Part shown: piece by piece, positions 37,201 through 49,189 of the stretch
Layout: every line of letters begins with the position of its first letter
How positions within the stretch are numbered: position 1 is the stretch's first letter
Assembly: GCA_047967505.1 (NCBI GenBank)
Contig: CM106538.1
Origin: Dipteris shenzhenensis
Lineage: Eukaryota
Reading direction: 5' to 3' (one strand)
DNA length: 64,000 bases
Position numbers and translations under genes: made by a program
The notes under the pieces: model-generated
Told to the model about the DNA's origin: nothing
What the model saw: the letters and a program-made list of their open reading frames with translations, nothing else
Database searches by the model: none

Positions 37201-39867
37201 TTTGAAAGCTTTGAAGTGCCCAAACACTTCACTTTTCTTTTTCATAAAATACACCCACAGTTTTCTGCTGAAGTCATCAATAAATGTGACAAAATAGTGA
37301 CAGCCTCCAATAGATGCAGCTTTTGTAGTCCACACATCAGAGTGGATTAATTCCAATGGTTTTTTACTCTCTTGAACATGCCTAGGAAAAGGTTTCCTTG
37401 CCTGTTTCCCAAATTGACAGGCTTCACAAATCTTGTGCATTTCTGCAACCTTGAATTTTGGCAATCCTGCAACAATATTTTGGGCTTGCATTGATTTAAG
37501 TCGCTGTATATTAACATGACCAATGCGTTTGTGCCAGATATCAATATCTGCAACTACACCGGTCCCATGTGCAAACATTGCTGCACTCAATTCAGACATG
37601 TCTGCATCCAACATAAACATCCTGCCCTTCTTCTTTCCTTTTGCTATCAAGCGACCATTATTTTTCATATCCTCAACAAAGCATCCATGAGGATTAAATC
37701 TGACCTGCAAGCCCTGCTCAACCATCTGACCAACAGAAACCAGGTTCTTGGTGATGTTCGGGACATGAAATACATCAGACAAGTATTTCTTTTTCCCATC
37801 CTGCATAGACAAAGGAATTTTGCCAATCTGCACAATAGGATGTGCAGTATCATCACTAGTCTCCACAAATCCTAGTTTTTCCATTTTTCTTGCATCCTGC
37901 ATCCATTCAGCGTGACCTGTCATGTGGTTTGACGCACCCGAGTCAACATACCACACATCATTGCTTTCTTCTACACTTGTTACAGAATTTGTCATATGCT
38001 GCACCATAAACAAATGCTCATTTCTGTCATCACCCTATCTACTAGAGGATGCATAATTGCCTTGCTGCAATTTTCCATTCATAATGTCATTCTGCTTTTT
38101 ATAGCAGTCCTTAGCCATATGACCCATTTTGCCACAATAGTAGCATTCAATATTGCTGTTTGCATTTTGGCCTCTCTGCCATCCACCACGGCCTCTTTGG
38201 CTCCCCCTGCCTCTAGAGTTCCCACGTCCTCCTGCATAGGACTGGTTTTCTTGCGTTTGCTGCATATTCTGATTTCTACCATGGCCTGCAGATCGGCCTC
38301 CTCTACCTCTGCCTCTACCTCTACCAGCATTTGAGTAGAAGATAGTTTCTTTTGAAGTTCCTGCTGAAGAAGATGCACCCCCATTTCTCTGCTCTTCAGA
38401 AATTAGAAGAGCAATCAACTCCTCAAAATCAGGAAAGTTTTCACGGACGGCAATGGATGTCTGGAACTGTGCATAATCCTTTCCTAGACCATTCAAGGTC
38501 ACAGAAACCAAATCGTCATCATCCACTGGCGACCCAATGGAAGCAAGTGCATCTGCAATTTTCTTCACTTTCATGTGGTAGTCATTTATGCTCAAATTTT
38601 CTCTCTGCACATTGTGCAACTCCTGCTTGAGTTGCATTTTCCTGGCTTGCGTATTTGTGCTATACATTTTTGCCAAAGTATCCCATGCCTCCTTTGGCGT
38701 ATTTGCATCCTGAATATGCACAATCATGGAGTCCGAAATACTGATAGACAGCCAGTACATAACTTTCCTGGCTCTCTCATGCCATGCTTTGAATGCCTGC
38801 ATTTCCTGTTGACTAGGAACATTAGGAAGAACAGGTTCTTCTTCATTTCCTGTAATGAATTCCCAATAGCCTTTTCCCATCAAGAAATTCGTCATTCTAA
38901 ACTTCCATGCCTGGAAGTTGTTCTTGTCAAGCTTTTCAGTGACAATCTGTGAAAGAGAATCAGATGCCATTACAGAACACTGCAAAATATTTTGTCACTG
39001 CAAAAAACACAGCTTTTTGCCTCACACGGGCAGATCTGCAAAACTGACGAAAGTGGTATTTCACCACACAGTCACTTCCTAGTGATGATTTTGCATCAAC
39101 AGGCAACAGGCATGAATCTGTAACTCCCAATATCTCTGCACACAAGCATACGATGCAAATTCTGCAGCACCTTTCCACCAACTAGCCGCGCAGTGGTTGC
39201 ACAGCCAAAAGCAGGGCCTTTTTCTGAGTGCCTGTGAAGAACTTCCGCCTTCAAAACGGGCCCCGAAACGGCCTCAAATCAGAAAAATAAAGTCACTGAG
39301 GGCTTCGCCTCTTCCCGCAGCATATACTGCGCTCTCGCCACACTGCGAAGGGCGTCTCAATCTGAAACAGTGCACTCTTGCACTTCTGGCTGTGCTACCT
39401 GCAGAGATTTGCTCCCAAACTCGAAATAGGAAAGCAACACTGGTCCTCTTACCAGGACACCACGAACTTGGCTTGCTTTCTTGAGCTCCTTACCACGAAC
39501 AAGGCTCTGATACCATGTGAAGATTGTGGGAGAGAGGGAAGGAGTCTCACTTGAGGCTTTCTCACAATCACAATGGGGGAATACACACAAAGGTGGAGGC
39601 TGAAAACAGTTTTCCTCTTCTTAGTTGTGAAAGCCAAAAGAACTCTAGTACAAAGAAATAGAAGAACCCTATATGTGGGTCTCAAACCAAACTCAACTAA
39701 CTAAGGTGGCATACTAACTGAGCCACAAACTAGAGTAGATAAGGATAGCTGTCATCCAGCTATTATTCGTGGGCAGTGTACCAACCGCATCTCCAGCTAA
39801 CAGGTCGGTGACATAAATGCACAACAGTCACCCTGGCATATCACGAGTGGAGCTCGATATCTCAACA
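34292..39867 (-). mobile_element. Full-length, young Ty1/copia element, family B copy 2 (B2), TSD GTGGA
   Basis: 5' LTR 39516-39867, 3' LTR 34292-34645 (4 substitutions plus a 2-nt indel by eye), PBS 39504-39515, PPT from 34646, TSD gtgga 34287-34291 and 39868-39872. Confidence 0.98.
34573..38970 (-). pseudogene. B2 gag-pol: single reading frame interrupted only by three TAG codons (38037-35, 35808-06, 35169-67); runs into the 3' LTR
   Basis: ORFs 38035-38985, 35806-38013, 35167-35760, 34573-35130 are all in the same frame; all copia domains recognisable. Confidence 0.93.
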
Positions 39868-40290
39868 GTGGAGAGGGAGGGGGGGGGTGGGTGGGGGTGG
39901 AGATGGGAGGGGTGGTGGTGGAAATGGAGGAGGGGGGGGGAAAGGGTGGTGGTGAGGGGGGGAGGTGGAGATGGAGTGGGGGGCAGGAGGGGGTGGTGGT
40001 TGAGGGGGAGATGGAGGAGGGGGGGCTGGTGGTGGAGATGGAGGGGAATGGAGGGAGGGGGGGGGCAGGGGGAAGGGGAGGGGGTGGTGGTGGAGGGGGG
40101 AATGGTGGAGGGGGAGGGGGAAAAAAGAAAAAAAGAAAAAACTTGATGGACGAAAAACTTTGACGGAAATCCAAAGGAAGAGATGGTCACCTGAACGCTC
40201 TCCAAGTCTTTCTCGATGTAACAGGATTGTTGAGGACCAATGGATGGTGGGTGGATGGCTAGGTTATCACTGCGAGATGGGCTCGAAGTA

Positions 40291-40440
40291 ACTTACCATG
40301 TGAGGATGGGAGTAGGGTGGTGGTCGATGGAGAGGGACGAGTGTCTATGAGAGGGATGGGTGCTCTTTTATAGGGAAGGAGGGGGGATGTGGATTTAGTC
40401 AAACACATGTCCACCTTTGAATTTGTCCATGTTTGACTAA
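40291..40440 (-). promoter_or_regulatory. Candidate internal promoter of gypsy G: W-box inverted repeat, TATA box, short first exon and splice donor
   Basis: TTAGTCAAACA 40395-40405 / TGTTTGACTAA 40430-40440; CTATAAAAG 40373-40365; CATG|GTAAGT with GT at 40296-40295. Confidence 0.55.
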
Positions 40441-40800
40441 GGAGGTGGTTTTAATTTTTCTTTTGGGTTATGGCATTTAGAACCTTTAATCATTGATTGC
40501 CCATAACTTTTGCTCGTTGTGTCAAAATGTGCTTCCATAAAAAGAAGAAATGTTTGGAATTTCAAGCTCTACACTTTGGCAACCATCACATGGTCTGATT
40601 TATTCCTTAAGGTGCTATTTTTCCAGAAAACATGCATTTTCCTAAACTGATAACGAAGAGTTTCAGCTAGGATTTTTTTATTTATTTTTAACTTGAGTTG
40701 GAAAAAATTTAGCTCTCCTAGCTCAAGTGATATGTTCATGAAAGTTCGAAGTAGTTTGTTTTTTACACATACCTGTGTATGTTCACTTGAGACGCTAGTC

Positions 40801-40821
40801 TCCCCAGTAGTAGTGGCGCCA
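40801..40821 (-). other. Degenerate tRNA-Asp-type PBS of gypsy G
   Basis: Minus strand ..GCTAACA-TT-TGGCGCCACTACTACTGGGGA vs Athila-type TGGCGCCGTTGCCGGGGA (transitions plus a 3-nt duplication). Confidence 0.75.
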
Positions 40822-40823
40822 AA

Positions 40824-41611
40824 TGTTAGCTCTTTCCCATGGCTTCCCCAACTCAGTTGACCTAACTGGCCTAGTTAGTCTAACTAACCTAACTATCGAG
40901 TTAGATGTCTAACAGTTAGTCTAACCTAACCTAACTATGGGTTAAAACTACCTACAATTAATTAATCGAACCACAGTTAGTTGAATTAACTGTAGTACAA
41001 TTAGACTAACCTAACTGTCTAGTTAGTCTAACTAGCTAATAGTTAAACTGACCTAGCTGTAACTAACTAATTGAGAGTTAAATAACTAACCTAGGTTAGA
41101 GCTAACCTAACCTAGGTGTAAACTAACCTAGCCAAGAATAGACCTAGGGTCAAGTTAGGTTACGTTAGGTTAGGTTTATTTTTATATTTTTTAAGTTTAT
41201 TTAAATTTTTTTTATTTTTTTTTGGGGGGGCATCGCGCGTGTAGCGGCAGCATCAGAGAGGGGGGTAGCGCGTCAGAGAGGGGGGGGTTTTGCAGTTGAG
41301 GGGGAGGAGTGTGGAGAGGAGGTGAGGGGAGTTTGGAGGGCAGTGGGTCGGGCACTGGGCAAAGTAGCATGGAGTCTTGGAGGCACCCAGGCACTGCATT
41401 GTGGAGGCGTGGAGGCGGGGCTGGTGTAGGAGGCAGGTCAGCACGCCTTTGCTAGTTGTGTCGTCACTGTTGACTGGCTACGTCACCATTGGTGGGCGAT
41501 GTGCCATGCTCCACTTCCTGCACTAAGGGCTTAGAAGCCCTTAGTTAGATAGGCCTTTGGCCTTAGATAAGAGTGGAGCGATCGGCGATGTGGGGGGGGC
41601 GGTAGGGTAGG

Positions 41612-41670
<59 letters not shown>

Positions 41671-41886
41671 TAGAGAGAGAGGGAGAGAGAGAAGAGGGAG
41701 GGGGTGGGAAGAGAGAGAGAGGGGGGAAGAGAGAGAGAGAGAGAGAGAGAAGAGAAGAGAGAGGGGGTAGAGAGAAAGGGAGAGAGAGAAGAGTGAGGGG
41801 GTGGGAAGAGAGAGAGAGAGAGAGAGAAGAGACGAGAGAGGGGGGTAGAGAGAGAGGGAGAGAGAGAGAGGAGGGAGGGGGTGGGA

Positions 41887-41918
<32 letters not shown>

Positions 41919-42337
41919 TGGTGGAGGAGGGAGAATGGAGGGGGCGGGGTGGAGATGGAAAGGGGGGGGGGAGATGGAGGGGGGGGGTGGAGAGGGGGGA
42001 AGGGGTGGTGGAGGGGGGTGGAGATGGAAAGGGGGGGGGGGCAGTGGAGATGGAGGGGGGGTGGAGAGGGGGGATGGTGGTGGAGGGGGGGTGGAGGGTG
42101 GAGGGGGGTGGTGGAGAGGGGGGGTGGAGGGGGTCGAGGGTGGAGGGAATGGTGGTGGAGGGGGGAATGGTAGAGTGGGAGGGGGTGATGGTGGAAGGGG
42201 GTGTGGAGGGGGAGGGGGAAAAAAACTTGACAGACGGAAAACTTTGACGGAAATCCAAAGGGAGGAAGAGATGGTCACCTGATTGCTCTCCAAGTCTTTC
42301 TTGATGTAACGGGATTGTTGAGGATGAATGGACGGTG
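40824..42337 (-). repeat. Partial 5' LTR of gypsy G (3' part): C-rich tract, (CT)n, hairpin, GC-rich block, A-run, TTAGG-like palindrome array, AACA end
   Basis: Ends in AACA directly before the PBS; right end cut at the junction with B3. Confidence 0.65.
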
Positions 42338-43244
42338 GAATCAGACGCCATTACAGAACACTACAAAATATTCTGTCACTGCAAAAAAGCACAGCTTTCG
42401 CCTCACACGGGCAGATCTGCAAAACTGACGAAAGTGGTTTTTGACCACACAATCACTTCCTAGTGACAATTTTGCATCAACAAGCAACAAGCATGATTCT
42501 GCAACTCCCAATATCTCTGCACACAGGCATACGATGCAATTTCTACGACAACTTTGCACCGACCAGTCGAGCAGTGGTCGCACAGCAAAAATAGGGCCTT
42601 TTTCTGAGTGCCTACAAAGAACTTCCGCCTTCAAAACGCGCCCCGAAATGGCCTTGAATCAAAAAAATAAAGTTACCAAGGGCTTCACCCATTCCTACAG
42701 CATATACTACCCTCTCGCCACACCACGAAGGGCCTCTCAATCTGAGACAGTGCACTCTTGCACTTTTGGCTGTGCTACCTGCAGAGATTTGCTCCCAAAC
42801 TCGAAATAGGAAAGCAACACTGGTCCTCTTACCATGACACCACGAACTTGGTTTGCTTTCTTGAGCTCCTTACCACGAACAAGGCTTTGATACCATGTGA
42901 AGATAGTGGGAGAGAGGGAAGGAGTCTCACTTGTGGCTTTCTCACATACACAATGGGGGAATACACACAGTGGAGGCTGAAAACAGTTTTCCTCTTCTTA
43001 GTTGTGAAAGCCAAAAGAACTCAAGTACAAAGAAATAGAAGAACCCTATATGTGGGTCTCAAACCAAACTCAACTAACTAAGGTGGCATACTAACTAAGC
43101 CACGAACTAAAGTAGATAAGGATAGCTGTCATCCAGCTATTATTCATGGACGGTGTACCAACCGCATCTGCAGCTAACAAGTCGATGACATAAATGCACA
43201 ACGGTCACCCTAGCATATCGCGAGTGGAGCTCAATATCTCAACA
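42338..43244 (-). mobile_element. Truncated copia family B copy 3 (B3): 5' LTR 42896-43244, PBS, 5' UTR and first ~5 gag codons only
   Basis: Matches B1/B2 LTR and leader; gag ATG at 42351 (MASDS), then homology stops. Confidence 0.95.
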
Positions 43245-44159
43245 GTGAGTGCCCCCCTCCTCACTACCAAAAGATGTTCCCTTCCAAGACTTAACTGATA
43301 ATATCATTGGAAGCCACAACTCGAAGGCTCCCTCGTTCACCTCTATGAAATAATGGAAGTTCACACCCTCACTATGTTTATCACTCAGTCCTCAGATGCA
43401 CCTATTCCCCTCACTGACACGGATGCAGGCCTTAACCCCTGTTGATGCCTATGGCACAATGATGGTCCTAGCCCACTTCCAAGAACTCCAAAAGAAATAT
43501 CCCAACATCATACACAACTTCCCTAAGTACAACTTGCCCAAGGAAGTAACTTAGGAAGGACTTTGCATTTGCCTTCAGTCATTCAATGATATCTATGGCT
43601 CAGTACCTGACCCTATAGTGGTGACAGCAGTGCACTTCAACCGCCTTATCCTCTTGCTACTCCGAGATCTCCCCACCCATAGTTGTCCAATCGACAACAA
43701 ACTTCACAATCTCAACAACCAGATTGTCTTCCACAACAATGGCCCCTCCCAATTAAAAGACTTGTGCATGTACCTTTGGATTTGAAATCTCCATGGCCAT
43801 CACATTTGCACATTCGAGGACATGCATGCCACCCACTTCTAGAATTATCGGCCTTATTTTACATGGATTACCCCATGGCAATTGGACTGCTATGCAGTAC
43901 TCCAGATGGTCCTCTCCACTCACCTACTACACTGTGGCTGATCCAAGGATGGCTCAACAATAGGAACGGAGCATGTTAATAGCTATTGAGCATGCTAACG
44001 GATTTGGCCCATCCAAAACCTATGGGTTTTAAGCCACAAACGGCTCAATTTTGAAGTAGTCACCAGATCGCCCAAATTGACAAAGATAACACAAGAGCCA
44101 TTTGATCTCATATATGGATAACAGAAGAGCCATTTGAAGACAAAGAGAAGGTTGAGAGA

Positions 44160-44345
44160 ATCAGCATATGGCTTGGCTCCATATGGCCCCAAGTATTTGT
44201 AAAGAGAGAGAGAGAGAGAGAGTGGTACATGGAATAGGGTTGGCCCTCCCTTCAAAAGGTGACATGTATAAAAGTCCAAGTGGTTGACTTTGGTCTTCAT
44301 GATTGTATGAAACCTTTGAGAAATACAAGCTCTCTTATTGCTCAT
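44160..44345. repeat. LTR-like fragment (family E), inverted homologue of ~50490-50599 + 52103-52170
   Basis: Shared atgaagaccaaagtcaaccacttgg..ttttatac..gtcaccttttgaagggagggccaaccct in opposite orientations. Confidence 0.75.
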
Positions 44346-44365
44346 GTGTTGAGATTGAGATTTGC

Positions 44366-44569
44366 TTACTCAGTGAGAACTCCCATTAGAGGCATATATT
44401 CTTGCTTATGAGATATTAAATATTTTTGGCAAGGGGTGCAACCCTTAACAAATTTGGTTGTGTCTACAAAGAGACTGGGCCACCATAAACTTTCTTGTAG
44501 CAACTTGCAATCCATGAGATCTCCTACAAGGTGCCCTCCTACAATGCCGATGGAGCTCCTCACTCCCAT
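44366..44569 (-). pseudogene. Gypsy integrase zinc-binding (H2C2) fragment
   Basis: GGHLVG..LWWPSLFVDTTKFVKGCTPCQKY. Confidence 0.8.
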
Positions 44570-44989
44570 GCTACTCCCCTACTACTCCTTGTGGAAGCAT
44601 TGCAGTAAAGCTTTCACTCATGTTCACTTGAGTGCCTACTAGATCGTTGCAATGGGGTTTCCACCAAGGTGCATACCCATTTGAGGGCATGGTCGATAAC
44701 TTTTTTTTGATTTGTTGAAGACCAAAACGGATTGAAAATTTGGAATCCAAACTAGTGGGACTACTGCATGGTGGTCTTAAAACACTGATAGTTGTTGGTA
44801 TTGGTATCTAGATTCACCCTAAAATGGAAGAAGTTGGAAAAGTGTGATTTGTGCATGTGAAAAGATATTTTAATAAATTCAACACTATTTACAATTTTGA
44901 ATTGTTTCTTTTTCCATGCACTTGCTTGCTATATCATTCATAAGCATGCCAAAGGTCATTGCATTTCATAACCCATAGCATCAAACCCA

Positions 44990-46020
44990 ATAGCGTGCCC
45001 TTTGGCCTATTTAGTCCAGCATCAAAAGGGACACGAGCCTAAAATATTATCATGGCTACTACTGATTATTTCACAAAGTGAGCATAATCCAAGGCTACCA
45101 AGAAGATTGACACACGAGCAATGATCAAATTCATGTATGAGAATGTTATATCATGCTTCGGCCTCCCACTTGAAGTCATGAATCATCAATGAGACAATTC
45201 ATATTCTAATGAGTGAGTTCCTAATCGTTCATAGAAAATCCACTCCCTATTATCCTAGAGAGAAATTCCAAGTTGAGAGCTCTAACAAAACTATGTGCCG
45301 AACAATGACCTACATAGTGGAGGCCAATTGTAATAACTAGGAGCACAAATTCACCTCATTGCTTTTTGGGCATATCGCACAACATACAAGTTGTGACCAA
45401 TCGCACATCCTTTAGCCTTGCATTTGGGGTTGAAGTAGTTATGTCCATGTAATTTATAGTGCCAAGCCTAAGGGTGGCCATCCAAGACAACCAGAGGTCA
45501 TTCTTGAAGCCATCCATCAAGACAAGGAATTAAGAAGGAAGATACCCACATGAAAAGGCATGCAATAGGAGAGGCTTGGGCCTGCCAAGCTAAACCAAAA
45601 CAACTAGGGCTCATATCAATTTGTAAACCAGTAGTAGAATGGCTAAACCACATGGAAGATGTAACTATGGCACCCACTAGAGTGCATGTGGATTTTCAAT
45701 TATGCAGGGATACAATTTGCTCTTCTAAAGCCTTTGTGGACCCTAGGGTAAGTCATAGCCTCATCTCTCAAGATATGTGCAACAAACTCTTAACATATAA
45801 TGTAACTCTTGAACCCACTCTTGTCATTGTATGTGCAATAAATGGTCAAAGAACGCCATCCATAGGATATGTGAAAATACCAATATTGGTAAATAACCAT
45901 AGTGTGGCAAGCATATGATAGTGATGCCTACAAGTGCTATGGATAAAGCAGGTGATCATTGACAAGACCTAATGTTGGGCCATCAATTGCCAAATTGATT
46001 GGCGAGAGTGTATAGCAACA
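44990..46020 (+). pseudogene. Decayed gypsy integrase core (~44990-45490) followed by a retropepsin-like fragment (~45550-46020)
   Basis: PASKGTRA..IIMA.TDYFTK, HRKSTPYYP, WAYRTTYK; then KAFVDPRVSHSLIS..GYVKIPILVN; domain order indicates pieces of different elements. Confidence 0.7.
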
Positions 46021-46739
46021 TTGACAAATGATGGTCACATCTCAGAAATCTCAATCAGTCAAGGAGCCTAAGAGTTAATCACCTTGACCTACAAGTCTAA
46101 CTAAGCACCCACCCTCAGTCAACAAGAGATCTGTAAGTCCTCCAAGCAAGTCATCATCTTTTGCTTCCATAGTTACTACTTTAGGTGGAAAAGCCAATAC
46201 CATAGTGGTGCCTTCACCTTGCAAGGACATCACCATCAAGGCACCAAAAGGAAAGGCAACAATGCCGACCACCCTGTACCCACCATATCGATGGTCTCCA
46301 CTTGCCTCCCCAAGTGAAGAGAAAAGCCACCATTGGATTACCAAGGTTATGCTCCAAGCCTATACTCTCCACCTCTAATGGTGAGCTACATCACATAGCT
46401 TTTCTCCCACCATCACTTTCTATGCCTAATTAGGGAAATCCCAAAGAAGGATATGTGCAACAAAAACCAAAGAGAAAAGGAGGCACCCCAGGTGAATCCC
46501 TAAGAGACTACTCAAAGCTTAGGGCTACTATGAAGGCAATGAGTACATTTGGGTACCATAAACGTGCCACATGGCTACTCCACTTTCATTGGACCCTCCC
46601 ATGGGCATAAGGAAATCATTAACTTCATCAAGCAACAAGGTAGCAATAGTATTGTGATGCCAAAATTTGATATTTTTTATTTGGCATTGGTATTGTTTTT
46701 CTCTATGTTTGATAAGAGTTTGAGTATCAAGTGATAGCC

Positions 46740-47659
46740 TAGCGGCTCTCACTTATTTTTATTTTCTAAGATATTATATGGGATTGAGAGGATGAGTGGA
46801 ATGGATCATTGTAAATACCATGTGTATGAATTATAAATACCTTGGTATGGGGTGAGAGTTATTTATGTATGTGATATTATGGGGTTTTTAGAAAATAGGA
46901 AGAGTGTCATATAAAGAGGTGGTCTCATGTCCATGTGTTCCAATAATATAAGAGAGATAACATGCCAAGCATGTGAAAGGCATGTGGAGGAGTGTGGAGT
47001 CAAGAGGAATCCTTCTAGAATTCCTATGTGGAATAAGGAGGATGTGGACATATGGAAAAGAGAGGGTCCCTATGGGCTCCATGTGGGGAGACTCTTGACT
47101 TTCTCAATATTTTAAGATTCTTGAGCATCTTTTGATGGGACACATGGCAAGAGTAGCCAAAAAGGACATGGATGGTGACATATGGGCTTATGTGGTTGAT
47201 GGGGAAAGGAATCTACAGGCAACAATTGTAAATGGGTGAAGGAGGGTGACAAAATCTCTATAAAAGGAGCCCTCCTCTCCATTGTTCAACATCTCTTCCA
47301 CCATTAGGCTTCATGTTTCTGTAGCTCTAGTCTCCTCAAGCCTCTTCCATGAGCCTTCTCTCCCTCTTGTAGATATTCTCTTATGTAGATCTTAAGTCCA
47401 TCTCTCTCTAGTTCATTCACTCTCTATGAGTAGTCTTGGAGCTTCCGCTCCCTCTTGTATGTATGAAACCTCTTCTTCTCCCTTTTGTTTGTAGTATTTT
47501 GAGTTGCATTGGACTAGAGTCTCACTCTATTGACAATGAAGATCACTTCATATTCCCTCTCTTGAGTCTCTCTTCCCTTTTCTTTCTTTTAAAGCCTTAA
47601 AAGTTCTTCCTATTCGACCGCTCATTGCACACACATGGTCCATTCATTTCCGAGCCACA
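46740..47659 (+). repeat. Possible solo or partial LTR
   Basis: CTCTATAAAAGG TATA at ~47257, pyrimidine-rich downstream region, ends TTTCCGAGCCACA; no TSD or second copy found. Confidence 0.35.
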
Positions 47660-47856
47660 AGGGAGTTACTTACCCTAATCTAGGCAAAATCTATGAGTGG
47701 TGGATCGTGAAGGTGGAGTATTGAGGGAGCATCCTGCTCAAGCGAAATTAGCATGGGCGGAGGGCAGTTTTTATGACAGTTTGACCCCCTATTAGTGTTT
47801 TGCTCATAACTTTCTGCTCGAGAGTCTGATTTTGATGAAACTTATATCAGTGCGAA

Positions 47857-47859
47857 TCT

Positions 47860-47920
<61 letters not shown>

Positions 47921-47991
47921 TTGCTCTCTTGCCCCCCTCTTTCTCTCTCCCTCTCTGTCTCTCTTCTCTTGTCTCTCTCTCTCTCCCCCCC

Positions 47992-48045
<54 letters not shown>

Positions 48046-48058
48046 TTCCCCCTTATCG

Positions 48059-48122
<64 letters not shown>

Positions 48123-48154
48123 ATCTCTCTCTTTCCTTATCTCTCTCATGCTCT

Positions 48155-48205
<51 letters not shown>

Positions 48206-48287
48206 CTCTCTCTCTTCTATTCTCTATCGCTCATGCTCCACCCCTTTCTCTCTCTCTCTCTCTCTCTCTTTTCTCTTGCCCCCCCCC

Positions 48288-48328
<41 letters not shown>

Positions 48329-48589
48329 CACCCCTCTCCCTCTCTCCCCCCTCGTCTCTCTATCTCTGTCTCTCTTTACCCTCTTATCGCTCCCTCTCTC
48401 TCTCTCTCTCTTTTCCTATCTCTCTATCTCTATCTATTTTAAATGTATTTCTCTCTCTCTCTCTCTCTCTCCCCCCTTTCCCCCCCCCTCTCTCTCTCTC
48501 TCTCCCTCTCTTTCTCTCTCTCTCTCCCTATCGCCTTGCCCGCCCCTCTCTCTCTCTCTCTCACACACTCTCTCTCTCACACCACACAG

Positions 48590-48655
<66 letters not shown>

Positions 48656-48695
48656 TCTCTATCGCTCTAGCTCCATCCCTCCCTCCCTCCCCCCC

Positions 48696-48750
<55 letters not shown>

Positions 48751-48816
48751 TTCTCTATCGCTCTTTCCCCCACCCTTCCTCCCTCCCTCCCCCCCTGTCC
48801 CCCCCTCCCCCCCCAT

Positions 48817-48858
<42 letters not shown>

Positions 48859-48919
48859 ATATCAATCTATGTATATATTCCTCTCTCTCTCTCTCCACCC
48901 TCCAACCCTCGCTCCATCC

Positions 48920-48960
<41 letters not shown>

Positions 48961-49005
48961 ACTTCACTCTTTATTCTCTCTCGCTGTTGCTCCCTCCCTC
49001 CCTCC

Positions 49006-49053
<48 letters not shown>

Positions 49054-49070
49054 TCTCTTTCCCCCCCCCC

Positions 49071-49101
<31 letters not shown>

Positions 49102-49132
49102 CTCTCCCCACCCCCTATCCCTCTCTCCCCCC

Positions 49133-49189
<57 letters not shown>

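Larger units (their letters stand above)
22250..42337 (-). mobile_element. Non-chromoviral Ty3/gypsy element G (Athila/Tat-like), truncated at both ends, carrying nested copia B1 and B2
   Basis: Minus-strand order: partial 5' LTR 40824-42337, PBS 40801-40821, long leader, gag, protease (AIVDGGAGVNVL), RT (FLDGFSGYN, MPFGL, FLDD), RNase H, integrase (GHF..GYWWP..CDVCQ, WGIDYVGP). No 3' LTR found. Confidence 0.8.
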
